This document shows positions 9,975 to 20,265 of a stretch of DNA of 64,000 bases, piece by piece. The translations under genes and the position numbers were made by a program. This DNA comes from a virus. Taxonomy: Duplodnaviria > Caudoviricetes. Position 1 is the first letter of the stretch, and each line of letters begins with the position of its first letter. The DNA is taken from IMG/VR virus record IMGVR_UViG_3300028864_000017; one strand, 5' to 3'. Under the pieces are notes generated by a model. That model saw only the letters and a list, made by a program, of their open reading frames with translations. It was not told the origin of the DNA and did no database searches.

Positions 9975-10616
9975 TTATTTCTTCAAATAGTTACCTGTTT
10001 CAGCACTATAGATATATTGATGATTTTTAATTACATTAACATTAAACGACTTTAATGCTATATATACATCGTCTAAGCATTCATCTTCTGCTCCTCCACA
10101 TATTATAACCTTTTTATTTCTTAATTTTTTAAATAGTTCTACCAATTCATCATTGACATAAAACCATTGATGATTATTTCCTATATATATTAAGAATTCA
10201 TTTTGTTCCTTTAATCTAAATGCATCTCCTTTCTTAAATACATTATTTCTTGATTTGAATTCTTCAAGTGTTTTTTTATCAAAAATATGTGTTATCCATT
10301 CTTTAAACCCTCCTTTATATTTAGAATAAAATTTTTTAACTCCATATTTTTTTTCTATCAAATCTATCTCATTTTTAAATTTATAAGTAGGCTTAGAACC
10401 TTGATTTGAATCCCATATTTGATACACTCCTTTTCCTGTTTCATCTGATGGAAAATCCAAACAATATTTGTCAATTTTTTTAATGAAACCATTAGGATCA
10501 GTAGGAAAATATTTCTTAAAATTAGACTGAACATCAACGATTAATAATATTCCGTCATGATTAATTAGTGATATATTTTCATTTATAGCAAAATTTTCAA
10601 ATTTAAATATCTTCAT
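9975..10616 (-). CDS. Isochorismatase-like cysteine hydrolase fold protein
   Basis: LLIVDVQSNF and VIICGGAEDECL motifs; likely start MKIFKFEN at 10616. Confidence 0.6.
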   Translation of the reverse strand: MKIFKFENFAINENISLINHDGILLIVDVQSNFKKYFPTDPNGFIKKIDKYCLDFPSDETGKGVYQIWDSNQGSKPTYKFKNEIDLIEKKYGVKKFYSKYKGGFKEWITHIFDKKTLEEFKSRNNVFKKGDAFRLKEQNEFLIYIGNNHQWFYVNDELVELFKKLRNKKVIICGGAEDECLDDVYIALKSFNVNVIKNHQYIYSAETGNYLKK

Positions 10617-10850
10617 AGATTTATATATATAATTTATTAACTTATTTTTTATATATAAATTTGTGAATATCAAAAAACTCAGGGAATTAGCACATGTAGC
10701 AATCATTATTGAAATATATATAATGATAAATATCTACACATAAATACTATATGTTATCAAAAAATATAATAATGAAATAAGAATATGAATTTACTTTTAA
10801 TTTATTAAAGTTTAAAATTTATATATAATAAAAAATAATAATATATAATT

Positions 10851-11603
10851 ATGGCAATGACAATTGATCAATTAGTCGATATAGTTCAAGGTGATTTGAC
10901 AATATCAGGACTTTTTGATAAAATTTTACCTGACATGGAAATAATTCGTTTAGTTAGAGAAGAAGCATTAGATTGGTTCTATAAAAACTATCAATTCTCT
11001 AAAATAAAAATGTTTTATTATCTAAAAAAAGATTTCATATACACGGATGAATATCATAGAAATAAAACGATTGTTTTACCTCCAGAAGTTGAAGATTTGG
11101 TTAGAATTGTAAAGATAGATAATCCTAATATGTTTAGACTTGGTATACAAGCTCCGCAATTATCAATAAATCTTGGTGTAACTAATCAACCATTTTTAAC
11201 AAGTTTTGTAACAACAGCAGGTGAATTAGGAGTATATAGATCAGTTATTAGTGCATTTGCAGATCAAATAAATAAAATGACCACTAATACATTAAGATTT
11301 AATTTTAATCACATAAATAAGCATCTAAATTTATTAACTATGATTGATACTGATATGATGTTAGAGATATATGCAAGAATTGAAGAAGAAGAACTTTTTG
11401 ATAATGTATATTTCAAGCAATATCTTATTGGATTATGTCAAATGAGAATGGGTCAAGCAGTTGGAAGATTCAATTTCAATATGCCTGGAAGTTTTCAATA
11501 TAACGCTGCTGATATGATTACTCAAGGTAAAGAAAAAATGGATGCTATAGTAGAAAAAGTTAGATCAGAAACAAACACAGGCTGGTTCATTATGGATAGA
11601 TAA
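10851..11603 (+). CDS. Neck / head-completion protein (T4 gp13-like)
   Basis: EALDWFYKNY and C-terminal YLIGLCQMRMGQAVGRFNFNMPGSFQYNAADMITQG resemble gp13. Confidence 0.7.
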   Translation: MAMTIDQLVDIVQGDLTISGLFDKILPDMEIIRLVREEALDWFYKNYQFSKIKMFYYLKKDFIYTDEYHRNKTIVLPPEVEDLVRIVKIDNPNMFRLGIQAPQLSINLGVTNQPFLTSFVTTAGELGVYRSVISAFADQINKMTTNTLRFNFNHINKHLNLLTMIDTDMMLEIYARIEEEELFDNVYFKQYLIGLCQMRMGQAVGRFNFNMPGSFQYNAADMITQGKEKMDAIVEKVRSETNTGWFIMDR

Positions 11604-11608
11604 AAAAA

Positions 11609-11640
11609 TAAACCACTCAATTGAGTGGTTTTTTCTTTTT
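11609..11640. terminator. Bidirectional intrinsic terminator
   Basis: AACCACTC-AATT-GAGTGGTT flanked by A and T tracts. Confidence 0.8.
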
Positions 11641-12924
11641 ATTATTTTCGTAGTAATACTCAGTTATAGAATCATCTCTTTTTATTACTGTTATAAGATC
11701 ATCATCGTTGTTATTATTATTATCAAACAAAGTCATAAATTCTTCTAATTCCTCTACCAATGGTTCTTCATCCAATTCAGTATTATTCAATTTATCAAAA
11801 TGATATTCTAATTCTTCATTATACCATTCCTCACGTATTTCATTGTATATTTCATCCATATAATCAATAGGTTCTACAATAGGTTCTACAATAGGTTCTA
11901 CAATAGGTTCTACAATAGGTTCTACAATAGGTTCTACAATAGGTTCTACAATAGGTTCTACAATAGGTTCTACAATAGGTTCTACAATAGGTTCTACAAT
12001 ATTGGTATTTATATCAAAAGATTTAGGATTATTAATAATATAGTTTATAACATCTATAACTATTTTATTATATTTTTCTTTTTCAACTTCTTCAACTTCT
12101 TCATCTTCTTCAACTTCATCGTCCTCCTTTTTTTCTGTTAATTGATTAATACCTATTAATAAAGTAATCGCCAATGGATCAAACACGCATATAATAAGTA
12201 ATGCTACTATATTAACTAAATTATCAATAGGTATTCCTGTTAATTTTGCGACAAATTTATAAGGACCTATTTCATTTGTTGCATCAGATGACTTAAGATT
12301 AATAATCTTCTGCTCGTAATATGAAATAGAGTCATTATATACACTTGCTTGCTTCATTTTTAAGGTGATATCAGAATTAATCATATTTATCTGATTATCT
12401 GATCCTGTTATATGACTTTCTGCACTTTTTGCGATACTATTATTTTTTTTAGTATATAAATCATCTAAACGTTTTTCTTGCTGTGTTCTCAATCCAGATA
12501 ATGTATTAATTCTATTATTTGAACTCTCAATAGATTTATTTATCATATCTAACTGAACTTTAAATAGTGATTTTTTACTTTCAACTATTTTTATTTGAGA
12601 ATCTCTACTTTCTAATTTATTGGCAGATTGCTGATAAGCACCAGTCAAAAATCCATATATACCTACTGATGTCAAAAACATAATAAACACAACAGCAAAA
12701 ACATAGAATGCTCTTAGTATTGGCTTTATATTTTTCCAATAACGATAAACGTAAGATACTGTGACTAACTTAGAAAATTCTAAAGCTGCTGCTAATATAG
12801 TTATACCTAATCCTGCAGATGCAAATAATTTTGTCAATCCAAATATCGAAAAATATGCTGCAGTACCTGCTAGTGATAATGCAGCAATTGATAATAATAT
12901 CACAAAAGTTAAATTTTTATTCAT
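11617..12924 (-). CDS. Multi-TM coiled-coil membrane protein with (IVEP)11 repeat and acidic tail
   Basis: Three N-terminal TMs, coiled coil, a further TM, then the repeat. Confidence 0.7.
   Translation of the reverse strand: MNKNLTFVILLSIAALSLAGTAAYFSIFGLTKLFASAGLGITILAAALEFSKLVTVSYVYRYWKNIKPILRAFYVFAVVFIMFLTSVGIYGFLTGAYQQSANKLESRDSQIKIVESKKSLFKVQLDMINKSIESSNNRINTLSGLRTQQEKRLDDLYTKKNNSIAKSAESHITGSDNQINMINSDITLKMKQASVYNDSISYYEQKIINLKSSDATNEIGPYKFVAKLTGIPIDNLVNIVALLIICVFDPLAITLLIGINQLTEKKEDDEVEEDEEVEEVEKEKYNKIVIDVINYIINNPKSFDINTNIVEPIVEPIVEPIVEPIVEPIVEPIVEPIVEPIVEPIVEPIVEPIDYMDEIYNEIREEWYNEELEYHFDKLNNTELDEEPLVEELEEFMTLFDNNNNNDDDLITVIKRDDSITEYYYENNKKKKPLN
11869..12000 (+). repeat. 11 perfect copies of the 12-bp unit AGGTTCTACAAT
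   Basis: Counted directly; encodes IVEP on the minus strand. Confidence 0.97.
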
Positions 12925-12941
12925 AAATATTTATTAAAAAG

Positions 12942-13412
12942 TTATACATTAAATTTTTTTGATTGTTTAAAAATTTCATATCTTTCAGGGTTAATATTAG
13001 TTATTATTTCGTCCAAATCATTAACATCATCTGATTTACCTTGAAATGAAAAATATGATTTACTACCACCAGAAATTATATGAAATGAATATATTAAGAA
13101 TTGAATGAAAATCATAAAAACTTTCAAATATTTATATTCTAAATCTACCCAAGAATCACGAATCCATATTATATAATAATTATCAGAATCTAAACAAAAA
13201 CTAATATCTAAATTATATATTAACTGTTTTTCATCTTTAGTAAAGAATTCTATATTACAAGAATAATCTTTTTTTGATATTGTTGGTATATCCTTATATA
13301 TTAAACAATCAAAATCTTTAAAATTAGTATCAGATGTAAATGTATCACATATAGATTTTGCTAAATTATTAGTTTTTAATTTTTGAGAATAGTCACTATA
13401 ATTTTTTATCAT
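12942..13412 (-). CDS. Hypothetical protein, K[FY]N[ILV]-COOH family
   Basis: Ends SKKFNV. Confidence 0.7.
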   Translation of the reverse strand: MIKNYSDYSQKLKTNNLAKSICDTFTSDTNFKDFDCLIYKDIPTISKKDYSCNIEFFTKDEKQLIYNLDISFCLDSDNYYIIWIRDSWVDLEYKYLKVFMIFIQFLIYSFHIISGGSKSYFSFQGKSDDVNDLDEIITNINPERYEIFKQSKKFNV

Positions 13413-13417
13413 ATGAT

Positions 13418-13843
13418 TTAATCTTTTCTACCTGATACATATCTACCTTTTCTAGTTTTGTTTATATTAGAAAATGTTATGAATTTATCATCTATCTTAA
13501 TATCAAAGCTATAAAGGTTTGTATCATTACTTAATAATTGTTTAATTTTTTCTACTTTAATATGTGATCTTGATTCAAAGTCATAAATTAAAAATTTTAG
13601 TCCATCGTTCTCACTAAGACGATCTTTAAATTCTGGTAATCTTAAAAATTCCATTATTCTTTCAACTAATTTGCCAAATTTATCAGATCCTTTTCGATAT
13701 TCTCCAAAATATTGCTTGAAGTTCTTTATCCTTGGTTCCTCCCCATAATTAGTTCCAGCAAAAGGAATTTTACCTTCTGGCCCTGCAACAGATGGAAAAT
13801 AAAAATTATGATCTGTTGATTTAGTATCAAAGCTTGTAATCAT
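13418..13843 (-). CDS. Hypothetical protein
   Basis: ORF in operon. Confidence 0.7.
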   Translation of the reverse strand: MITSFDTKSTDHNFYFPSVAGPEGKIPFAGTNYGEEPRIKNFKQYFGEYRKGSDKFGKLVERIMEFLRLPEFKDRLSENDGLKFLIYDFESRSHIKVEKIKQLLSNDTNLYSFDIKIDDKFITFSNINKTRKGRYVSGRKD

Positions 13844-14181
13844 TATAAATTATATTTTTTTGAGTTTTTTAATATTTTCATTTCCTTTATAAAAGGTTTA
13901 ATATCATCAAAATTTACCAGTAATGTATCCTTTTCATATTTAAAATTTTCTCCGCATCTTAGAATAAGATCAAACATATCTTTATAATCAATATAAGATT
14001 CTTTTGTAATGGCTACACGAGTTTTAGTGTTTATTTCATAAAAAATATTATCAGATGTATCTATATAAGAATAGCATGTCATTTGATACAATTTTAACGA
14101 ATCATCCCATAAATCTAAAAATAATTCTTTAGCTTCATCAGCTAAATTTTTACCTTCACTTTGAAATCTATCTATTTCCAT
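13843..14181 (-). CDS. Hypothetical protein, K[FY]N[ILV]-COOH family
   Basis: Starts MEIDRFQSE, ends SKKYNL; paralog of 14615 (LFL[DE]LWDD). Confidence 0.75.
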   Translation of the reverse strand: MEIDRFQSEGKNLADEAKELFLDLWDDSLKLYQMTCYSYIDTSDNIFYEINTKTRVAITKESYIDYKDMFDLILRCGENFKYEKDTLLVNFDDIKPFIKEMKILKNSKKYNL

Positions 14182-14612
14182 TATATGTTGAATTTTTTTG
14201 AATCTATTTTTGTGTATAAATCATCTAAACATATTTCAACATTGTTATGAAATGTCAAAGAAATTTTTGTTGATGAATTACTCCCAGGATATATCACGAA
14301 ATCACAACGGTCTTCTATGTAAGTCAAAAATAGTTTAAAATTATTATAATTATTAGATAACCTTAATTTATCACTGGAAAAATTACTTATCTTATCTGAA
14401 ACATTAATTATTAATAATAAATTGTCATATTCTTCAAAATATTCGTATTTAATGAAGCATTTTAAATCACTAAAAAATGTTTTTTTTAATAAAGATATAT
14501 ATTCTTCACATTTCTTTATCCTATCATCTATAACTTTAGAATCTCCTATTTTTTTCAATGAAATTTTATCTTTTTTACTAAAAAAACCTTCATTGAATTT
14601 ATCTATTTTCAT
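14181..14612 (-). CDS. Hypothetical protein, K[FY]N[ILV]-COOH family
   Basis: Starts MKIDKFNE, ends SKKFNI. Confidence 0.75.
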   Translation of the reverse strand: MKIDKFNEGFFSKKDKISLKKIGDSKVIDDRIKKCEEYISLLKKTFFSDLKCFIKYEYFEEYDNLLLIINVSDKISNFSSDKLRLSNNYNNFKLFLTYIEDRCDFVIYPGSNSSTKISLTFHNNVEICLDDLYTKIDSKKFNI

Positions 14613-14614
14613 TA

Positions 14615-14947
14615 TTATACATTAAATTTTCTTGAATTTAGCAATAGTTTAATATTATCAATAAGTTTATTAAAATCTGTTATGCTTGCATACATAACGC
14701 CAGAAATTAATTGAAATCTTGAATCAGAATCGTTTAAAACATTACACAGTTCATTATATTCTACAAAATTATCACTCGTAATAGACATACTAATATTAAA
14801 AGATAGATTAAATCTGACATTAGTATCTATTTTAAAACTTGAAATTCCTAATTTATCGTCCCATAATTCTAAAAACAAAGATTTAACTTTATTTACAAAA
14901 TTGTCATAATCTTCTCTATTATTTTCATTAAATTTTTCTATTTTCAT
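14615..14947 (-). CDS. Hypothetical protein, K[FY]N[ILV]-COOH family
   Basis: Starts MKIEKFNE, ends SRKFNV. Confidence 0.75.
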   Translation of the reverse strand: MKIEKFNENNREDYDNFVNKVKSLFLELWDDKLGISSFKIDTNVRFNLSFNISMSITSDNFVEYNELCNVLNDSDSRFQLISGVMYASITDFNKLIDNIKLLLNSRKFNV

Positions 14948-14948
14948 A

Positions 14949-16364
14949 TTACCATTTTTTTCCTTTTGTGAATGGTATTTTCATATCTTTCAAATCTTCT
15001 GGTCCTTTTTTAATATCTTCTCCAGTTGGTGTAGTGTGAAAATAATTGTTAGTATCAGTTGCAATCTTAACAGAATCATCTATAATTGCATTTGGTCCAA
15101 GCTTACACATTCTTATAACAGAATTTCCTTTTACTCTACAGTTAATCATACATTGATATAAATAACAATCACTAACTTCTGAATCTAAATCAATCGTAGC
15201 ACTTTCAATTTTAGAATTCAATATATCAGTATCAGAAATTTCTCCGCCATGAATAGTACCATTAACTAATTCTGATGAGATAAAATTACAGCTTGTATAT
15301 CTACCATTATTCATAGAGCATTCAATAAAATCTAAATCATATAAATCAAATATTGTTTTAAAAGTTGCATCAACCAATTCAATTCTATTAACTTCAGTAT
15401 CTAAATTTATAATACAATCTTTAAGATTATAAATATTTCTAACCATGTCAAATATCTTAGTATAAATAGTATCATAATAAGCTTTCACTATACTATAATC
15501 ATTCAATTTATCTACTTGAATATCAATTGTTGGAAATTCTGCAATAAAATCATTATAATTTGAAAATGTTTTGAATATATTAATATTTTCAAATAAATAT
15601 TTTTGTAATTTTTTTAAATCATTATCATCCAATTTAGCATCACAACAATTCCAAGTAATTGCCATAAAATAATCCATTAATGATAATATCTCAGATGATT
15701 TCTGATTATAATTATCTCCTCCAATATATCTCCACTCTAATCTTTGTCCAGATGCTTCAATATTTTCTGCTGGTATAAAATTTATTCCATAATATTTAGT
15801 ATTTCCTATTTGTACATTATTCTGTAATATATCTACTGCATTAGTAGAAAAATCAAAACCTTTGAATGGAATTAATGTTTTAACACTTTTTGCATAGATA
15901 TTATTTTTTCTTTCAGGAAAAAAGTTGTATATTCGTTCTTCATCTACAGATAAAATTAATTTTAACTTATTTAAATTATCTAATACTTTACCATTACCTA
16001 TATCATCAAAAGATATATTGATGTGAATAGAGCATTTTTCATCAGTTCTAGCATATTTATCAAGAACTTTTAAAATTTTCAATAAAATTATTTTAGAATT
16101 TACATAAGGTATTGGTCCAGTAATTAATTCTACAAGATCAGCACCACCTGATAAATCTGGTTCAATTTTAAAATTATTTTCATCTGGAGTAAAAGTTGAG
16201 TGATATTTTCTATAACCATGTACCTGAATAGGAGCAAGAGTATTATTTAATAATTCAATTAATTTAAAATATGATTTATCGGTATAAAATTCAAATTCAA
16301 ACCCTATAACAGAATTTTTTAATTTGTTAAAATCTGTAATATATTCATTAGAGTAGATTTTCAT
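14949..16364 (-). CDS. Putative amidoligase (COOH-NH2 ligase family) with C-terminal beta-helix-like repeats
   Basis: GFEFEF, EPDLS..VELIT, CSIHINIS, KYYGINF and RLEWR motifs. Confidence 0.7.
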   Translation of the reverse strand: MKIYSNEYITDFNKLKNSVIGFEFEFYTDKSYFKLIELLNNTLAPIQVHGYRKYHSTFTPDENNFKIEPDLSGGADLVELITGPIPYVNSKIILLKILKVLDKYARTDEKCSIHINISFDDIGNGKVLDNLNKLKLILSVDEERIYNFFPERKNNIYAKSVKTLIPFKGFDFSTNAVDILQNNVQIGNTKYYGINFIPAENIEASGQRLEWRYIGGDNYNQKSSEILSLMDYFMAITWNCCDAKLDDNDLKKLQKYLFENINIFKTFSNYNDFIAEFPTIDIQVDKLNDYSIVKAYYDTIYTKIFDMVRNIYNLKDCIINLDTEVNRIELVDATFKTIFDLYDLDFIECSMNNGRYTSCNFISSELVNGTIHGGEISDTDILNSKIESATIDLDSEVSDCYLYQCMINCRVKGNSVIRMCKLGPNAIIDDSVKIATDTNNYFHTTPTGEDIKKGPEDLKDMKIPFTKGKKW

Positions 16365-16448
16365 TAATATTATATTATATTTTCAAGTATATATAAAAAA
16401 AAATTCATCAAAAAATTAATATATACTTTCACAAAAAACAAGGAAATT

Positions 16449-17171
16449 ATGGAAATAAAAAGATTTAACGAAGAAATAAAAACAGTACCATTCTCAAAAA
16501 TTGATAAATGGAGTGTTAATAATATACTACAGCCAAAAATTAAAATAGGCAATAAAGAATTAGATTTAAAATTAGGTTCTAAAGTTTTAGAGTTGTTTAA
16601 TAATTACGGATTTGATATTAATGTAAATGTATTTGATTGGATGAAAAAACAGCATCTGTTACTGTCAGATGAAACAAATTTTATTGAAAATAGAGTTGAA
16701 GTTGGAAAAAAACAGTCATGGGAAGATTTTCTAGATGATAATGGATACGAATATGATGATTTACCTGAAAATGAACAAAAGAAGATAGACGAGGAATTTG
16801 AAAATAGAGGATTCGTTAATGATGAAGCAGAAATAGAATTCTCTGTATTTTTACCAGAAAATTTAGAAAATATTGAATATGCAGCATTGGCAGATGCTTC
16901 TGTATATTTGAAAATTCTATCTGATAGTGAATTAAATGGAGTTTTAAATGGTAATACAGATTATCGTATATTATCAGATGAACCATTTGGATTTAAAAAA
17001 TTTTTAAACTTTAAAAAAATAAAAATAACTAATAATAATATTGAAGAAGTTCCAAGTATTGAACATAGACTATACAAAGATAGTAAAGTGTTTGAGATAT
17101 TTAAAAGAGAGCTTGGAGGAGATCAAAATTTTAGAAATTTTTTCAATGAATGGTTATCATTAATAAAATAA
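16449..17171 (+). CDS. Hypothetical protein
   Basis: Starts MEIKRFNEE. Confidence 0.7.
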   Translation: MEIKRFNEEIKTVPFSKIDKWSVNNILQPKIKIGNKELDLKLGSKVLELFNNYGFDINVNVFDWMKKQHLLLSDETNFIENRVEVGKKQSWEDFLDDNGYEYDDLPENEQKKIDEEFENRGFVNDEAEIEFSVFLPENLENIEYAALADASVYLKILSDSELNGVLNGNTDYRILSDEPFGFKKFLNFKKIKITNNNIEEVPSIEHRLYKDSKVFEIFKRELGGDQNFRNFFNEWLSLIK

Positions 17172-17662
17172 TAGAAATGATATTTGGATATAAAAAGAAA
17201 GAGTTATATGACTCATTTATAATAAATTTCATACCTAATGAAATTGATATGTATTGTGAGCCATTTGGTGGTAACTACTGTGTTTTTAATTATTTAAAAA
17301 TTAAACCTAATTTTTCAATTTATAATGACATAAATACTTATGATAAAAAAATTGATGCTAATATAATTCATCACTTAGATTATAAAGAAATTTTCAGTAT
17401 GTATAATACTGAAAATATTTTTTGGTATTTAGACCCTCCATATTATAAAAAAGAATTTTTATATGAAAATTGTGAGAATTATAATGAAAATTTTCATATA
17501 GAACTAAAAAATGAAATTGATAAGCTCAAAGGAAAAGTTATTATATCATATGAGGATAACCAATTCATAAGAAAATTATATAAAGATTATAATATTAATA
17601 AATATAGTGGAGATAATTTTATTTTTAGAAATGAAATAATAATAACAAATGAGAGAAACTGA
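17150..17662 (+). CDS. Compact Dam-like (D12 class) DNA adenine methyltransferase
   Basis: YCEPFGG and YLDPPY motifs; start may be 17177. Confidence 0.75.
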   Translation: MVIINKIIEMIFGYKKKELYDSFIINFIPNEIDMYCEPFGGNYCVFNYLKIKPNFSIYNDINTYDKKIDANIIHHLDYKEIFSMYNTENIFWYLDPPYYKKEFLYENCENYNENFHIELKNEIDKLKGKVIISYEDNQFIRKLYKDYNINKYSGDNFIFRNEIIITNERN

Positions 17663-18077
17663 TATCATTAAAATTATAGATGAAATGTTAAAAACAAAAT
17701 TTCATAACTTGAGCTATAGAGATTATTATGGATTAAACGAAAAATATTTAATTTCTGTTCATCCGTATGCAATACACATATATAAAATCATAAAACCTAT
17801 TAATAATTGGATAAATATTTTAAATGATATAAATTTTGGAACAGGAAATTATATAAAATTAATAATAGATTATCATAAATCAGATTATATAAATGATATA
17901 TGTCTTTATAATCCATGTGAAATATATGAAAAAGTGTCTGGATATAACTCTTTAATGGAAAATGATAATATTGGAGAGACAAGTGATTATTGGGATAATA
18001 AAAAAGACATATTCAACAAATACCTAATTACACATAAAAGAAAAGAAAAATTAATTAATATAAATAAGTCAATATGA
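17649..18077 (+). CDS. Hypothetical protein with C-terminal RxxK[LI] tag
   Basis: Ends HKRKEKLININKSI. Confidence 0.65.
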   Translation: MRETDIIKIIDEMLKTKFHNLSYRDYYGLNEKYLISVHPYAIHIYKIIKPINNWINILNDINFGTGNYIKLIIDYHKSDYINDICLYNPCEIYEKVSGYNSLMENDNIGETSDYWDNKKDIFNKYLITHKRKEKLININKSI

Positions 18078-18607
18078 AAACATGCTATAGCGGAGGTGCA
18101 TCTGGATCAGATTATATATTTGAGCAAGAATCAATTAAAAAAGGAATAAAAGTCATATCTTTTTCTTTTGAAGGACATAACACAAAATCAGATAATAAAT
18201 ATATTCTATCAACAAATCAGATAAAAGAAGGTTATGAACATATAAAAATTGCTAATGAAAGACTAAATAGAAACATAAAGAATATTTCTTCATATGTAAA
18301 ATATCTAATATCAAGAGATTGGTTTCAAGTAAAATGTTCTGATACAATATTTGCAATTGGTACTCTTGAAAATGAAACTAATGTCAGAGGTGGAACAGGT
18401 TATGCTTGTTCTTGTGCGATTGACAATCACAAACCAGTATATTTATTTGAGCAAAATGTGAACCAGTGGCATTATTTTGATTATGAGTCAAACGCATTTG
18501 AAATATATGAAGGTATTCCAAAATTAACTGAAAAATTTGCAGGAATTGGAACAAGAAATATAAATGAAAATGGAATGAATGCAATAATAAGTTTATTTAA
18601 ATATTAA
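18074..18607 (+). CDS. SLOG-superfamily (YspA/DprA-like) protein
   Basis: CYSGGASGSD and RGGTGYA..AIDNHKPVYLF motifs. Confidence 0.65.
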   Translation: MKTCYSGGASGSDYIFEQESIKKGIKVISFSFEGHNTKSDNKYILSTNQIKEGYEHIKIANERLNRNIKNISSYVKYLISRDWFQVKCSDTIFAIGTLENETNVRGGTGYACSCAIDNHKPVYLFEQNVNQWHYFDYESNAFEIYEGIPKLTEKFAGIGTRNINENGMNAIISLFKY

Positions 18608-18935
18608 ATTTATCAGATAAATTTTTAATTTTCTGTTCTTTAATTTCATCAGGTGTAGCTAATATTAAATCTGCATCAGAAAACGGCATAGTATAATCAA
18701 AGTTACTAGTATAATATTTTTTTATATAATCTAATATTTCAATAGGAATATTTTCAAATTTGACATTATAATATTTAAAATTGTCATGTTTATCATAATC
18801 TATGGATTCAATTTTTCCGATATTATTCTCAAAAAAGTTTTTCAAATCTTTTGAATATGTCAATTCATGACATCTTACATAATCACCTACGTTAAATCCA
18901 GAATTTAAATCTTCATAATGTTTTAAAAATTTCAT
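18597..18935 (-). CDS. SH3/KOW-like hypothetical protein, K[FY]N[ILV]-COOH family
   Basis: Likely start MKFLKHYE at 18935; FNVGDYV; ends SDKFNI; paralog of 23837. Confidence 0.7.
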   Translation of the reverse strand: MKFLKHYEDLNSGFNVGDYVRCHELTYSKDLKNFFENNIGKIESIDYDKHDNFKYYNVKFENIPIEILDYIKKYYTSNFDYTMPFSDADLILATPDEIKEQKIKNLSDKFNI

Positions 18936-18997
18936 ATTAAAAATTATTTTATAATAATTATATATAAAAAAATCCACAATAAATTGTGGATTTTTTA

Positions 18998-19246
18998 TTA
19001 CCAAGCATCATTACTTTCTGGTAAATAATAAATATCATCCAAATAAGGACTAGAACAATTTTTATTTTTGTTTTCTATCATTTCAGATTCACTAACAATG
19101 ATAAAATTATAAAAACCATTATGAATACTTTCTTCTAATAAATTTGAAAGATCTTCATCAGATAAATTATAAAGATCTGATTGTTTTTTAATAATTGCAT
19201 TAATTGCGAATTCTCTTGTTACTATATGTGTTGTTTTTATGCTCAT
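18998..19246 (-). CDS. Hypothetical protein
   Basis: ORF in operon. Confidence 0.6.
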   Translation of the reverse strand: MSIKTTHIVTREFAINAIIKKQSDLYNLSDEDLSNLLEESIHNGFYNFIIVSESEMIENKNKNCSSPYLDDIYYLPESNDAW

Positions 19247-19248
19247 TT

Positions 19249-19473
19249 TTAAATTATTTCTCTATAATTAATATTTTTTGTTGAATTTTCATTGATTCCT
19301 ATTCTACGAAGTTTTCTAACGACTGATCCTTTTTTATAAATAGTTAATATACAATCTTCAGTATCTATTTCAGATGTTTTAATTTTTCCTGTATATTTAT
19401 TAAAATCTTCTGAATTTTCAAAAACAAATTCAACATTTTTCTTTTCTTTTTCTACAGTGACTTTTTCTTTCAT
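19249..19473 (-). CDS. Hypothetical protein
   Basis: ORF in operon. Confidence 0.6.
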   Translation of the reverse strand: MKEKVTVEKEKKNVEFVFENSEDFNKYTGKIKTSEIDTEDCILTIYKKGSVVRKLRRIGINENSTKNINYREII

Positions 19474-20219
19474 TACATTTCATTTTTTTTTCTAATTTTG
19501 CCTTCCTCTACATTTTTTTCAGCAATATTAATATATTCTCCTGATATATCAAAACCGATATACTTTCTACCTAATCTTTTTGCAACAAGAGCAGTTGTGC
19601 CTACTCCCATAAAAGGATCTAATACTACATCTCCTTCTTTAGTAGTTGCATTTATACAATGTTCAACTAATTCTTCTGGAAAAGGAGCTGGATGAGGAAT
19701 ATTCATTTTTGGTGATATTCTCCAAATACTTTTTTGTTCAATCAAATCTCTTTTATTGAAAATTGGTGCTTTTTTATTATCTTTTGTTAACCAATATACT
19801 AATTCATATACTGGTTGAAAAAAATATAAAGAATTATTAACATCAGCTTTTCTATCCCAAATAATTGTTTGATAAATATTTATATTTGATTTACTAACCC
19901 ATTCATATGGAGAATACTCTGTTTTATCATATCTTCTATTTTTATGATTATAAAAAAATGAGCCACCAGGTTTTAATACTCTCTGAATTTCATTTAATAT
20001 TTCTATTTGCCATTTCTGATACTCATCTTCAGGCATATTATCTTCAAAATTATCATATGTGATATATCCATCCCAATCTCCACCTTTTTGCTTTTTTCCT
20101 TTCATGAGTCCAAGTTTATTATATGGTGGTGAAGATACTCCAGCATCAATACTATTATCATCTAGTTTTCTTAATCCTTCTAATACATCCATCTGATATA
20201 TTTTATTAAATTCTAGCAT
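19473..20219 (-). CDS. DNA methyltransferase (N6/N4, beta class)
   Basis: SSPPYN, HPAPFP and VLDPFMGVGTT motifs. Confidence 0.92.
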   Translation of the reverse strand: MLEFNKIYQMDVLEGLRKLDDNSIDAGVSSPPYNKLGLMKGKKQKGGDWDGYITYDNFEDNMPEDEYQKWQIEILNEIQRVLKPGGSFFYNHKNRRYDKTEYSPYEWVSKSNINIYQTIIWDRKADVNNSLYFFQPVYELVYWLTKDNKKAPIFNKRDLIEQKSIWRISPKMNIPHPAPFPEELVEHCINATTKEGDVVLDPFMGVGTTALVAKRLGRKYIGFDISGEYINIAEKNVEEGKIRKKNEM

Positions 20220-20265
20220 TTATTATTTGTTTTTTTTGTTTTTAATTATAATATAAATTATTTAA

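Noticed and set aside
11869-12000. CRISPR array
   Set aside because: Direct 12-bp tandem units with no spacers, in frame within a CDS; no cas genes in the window.
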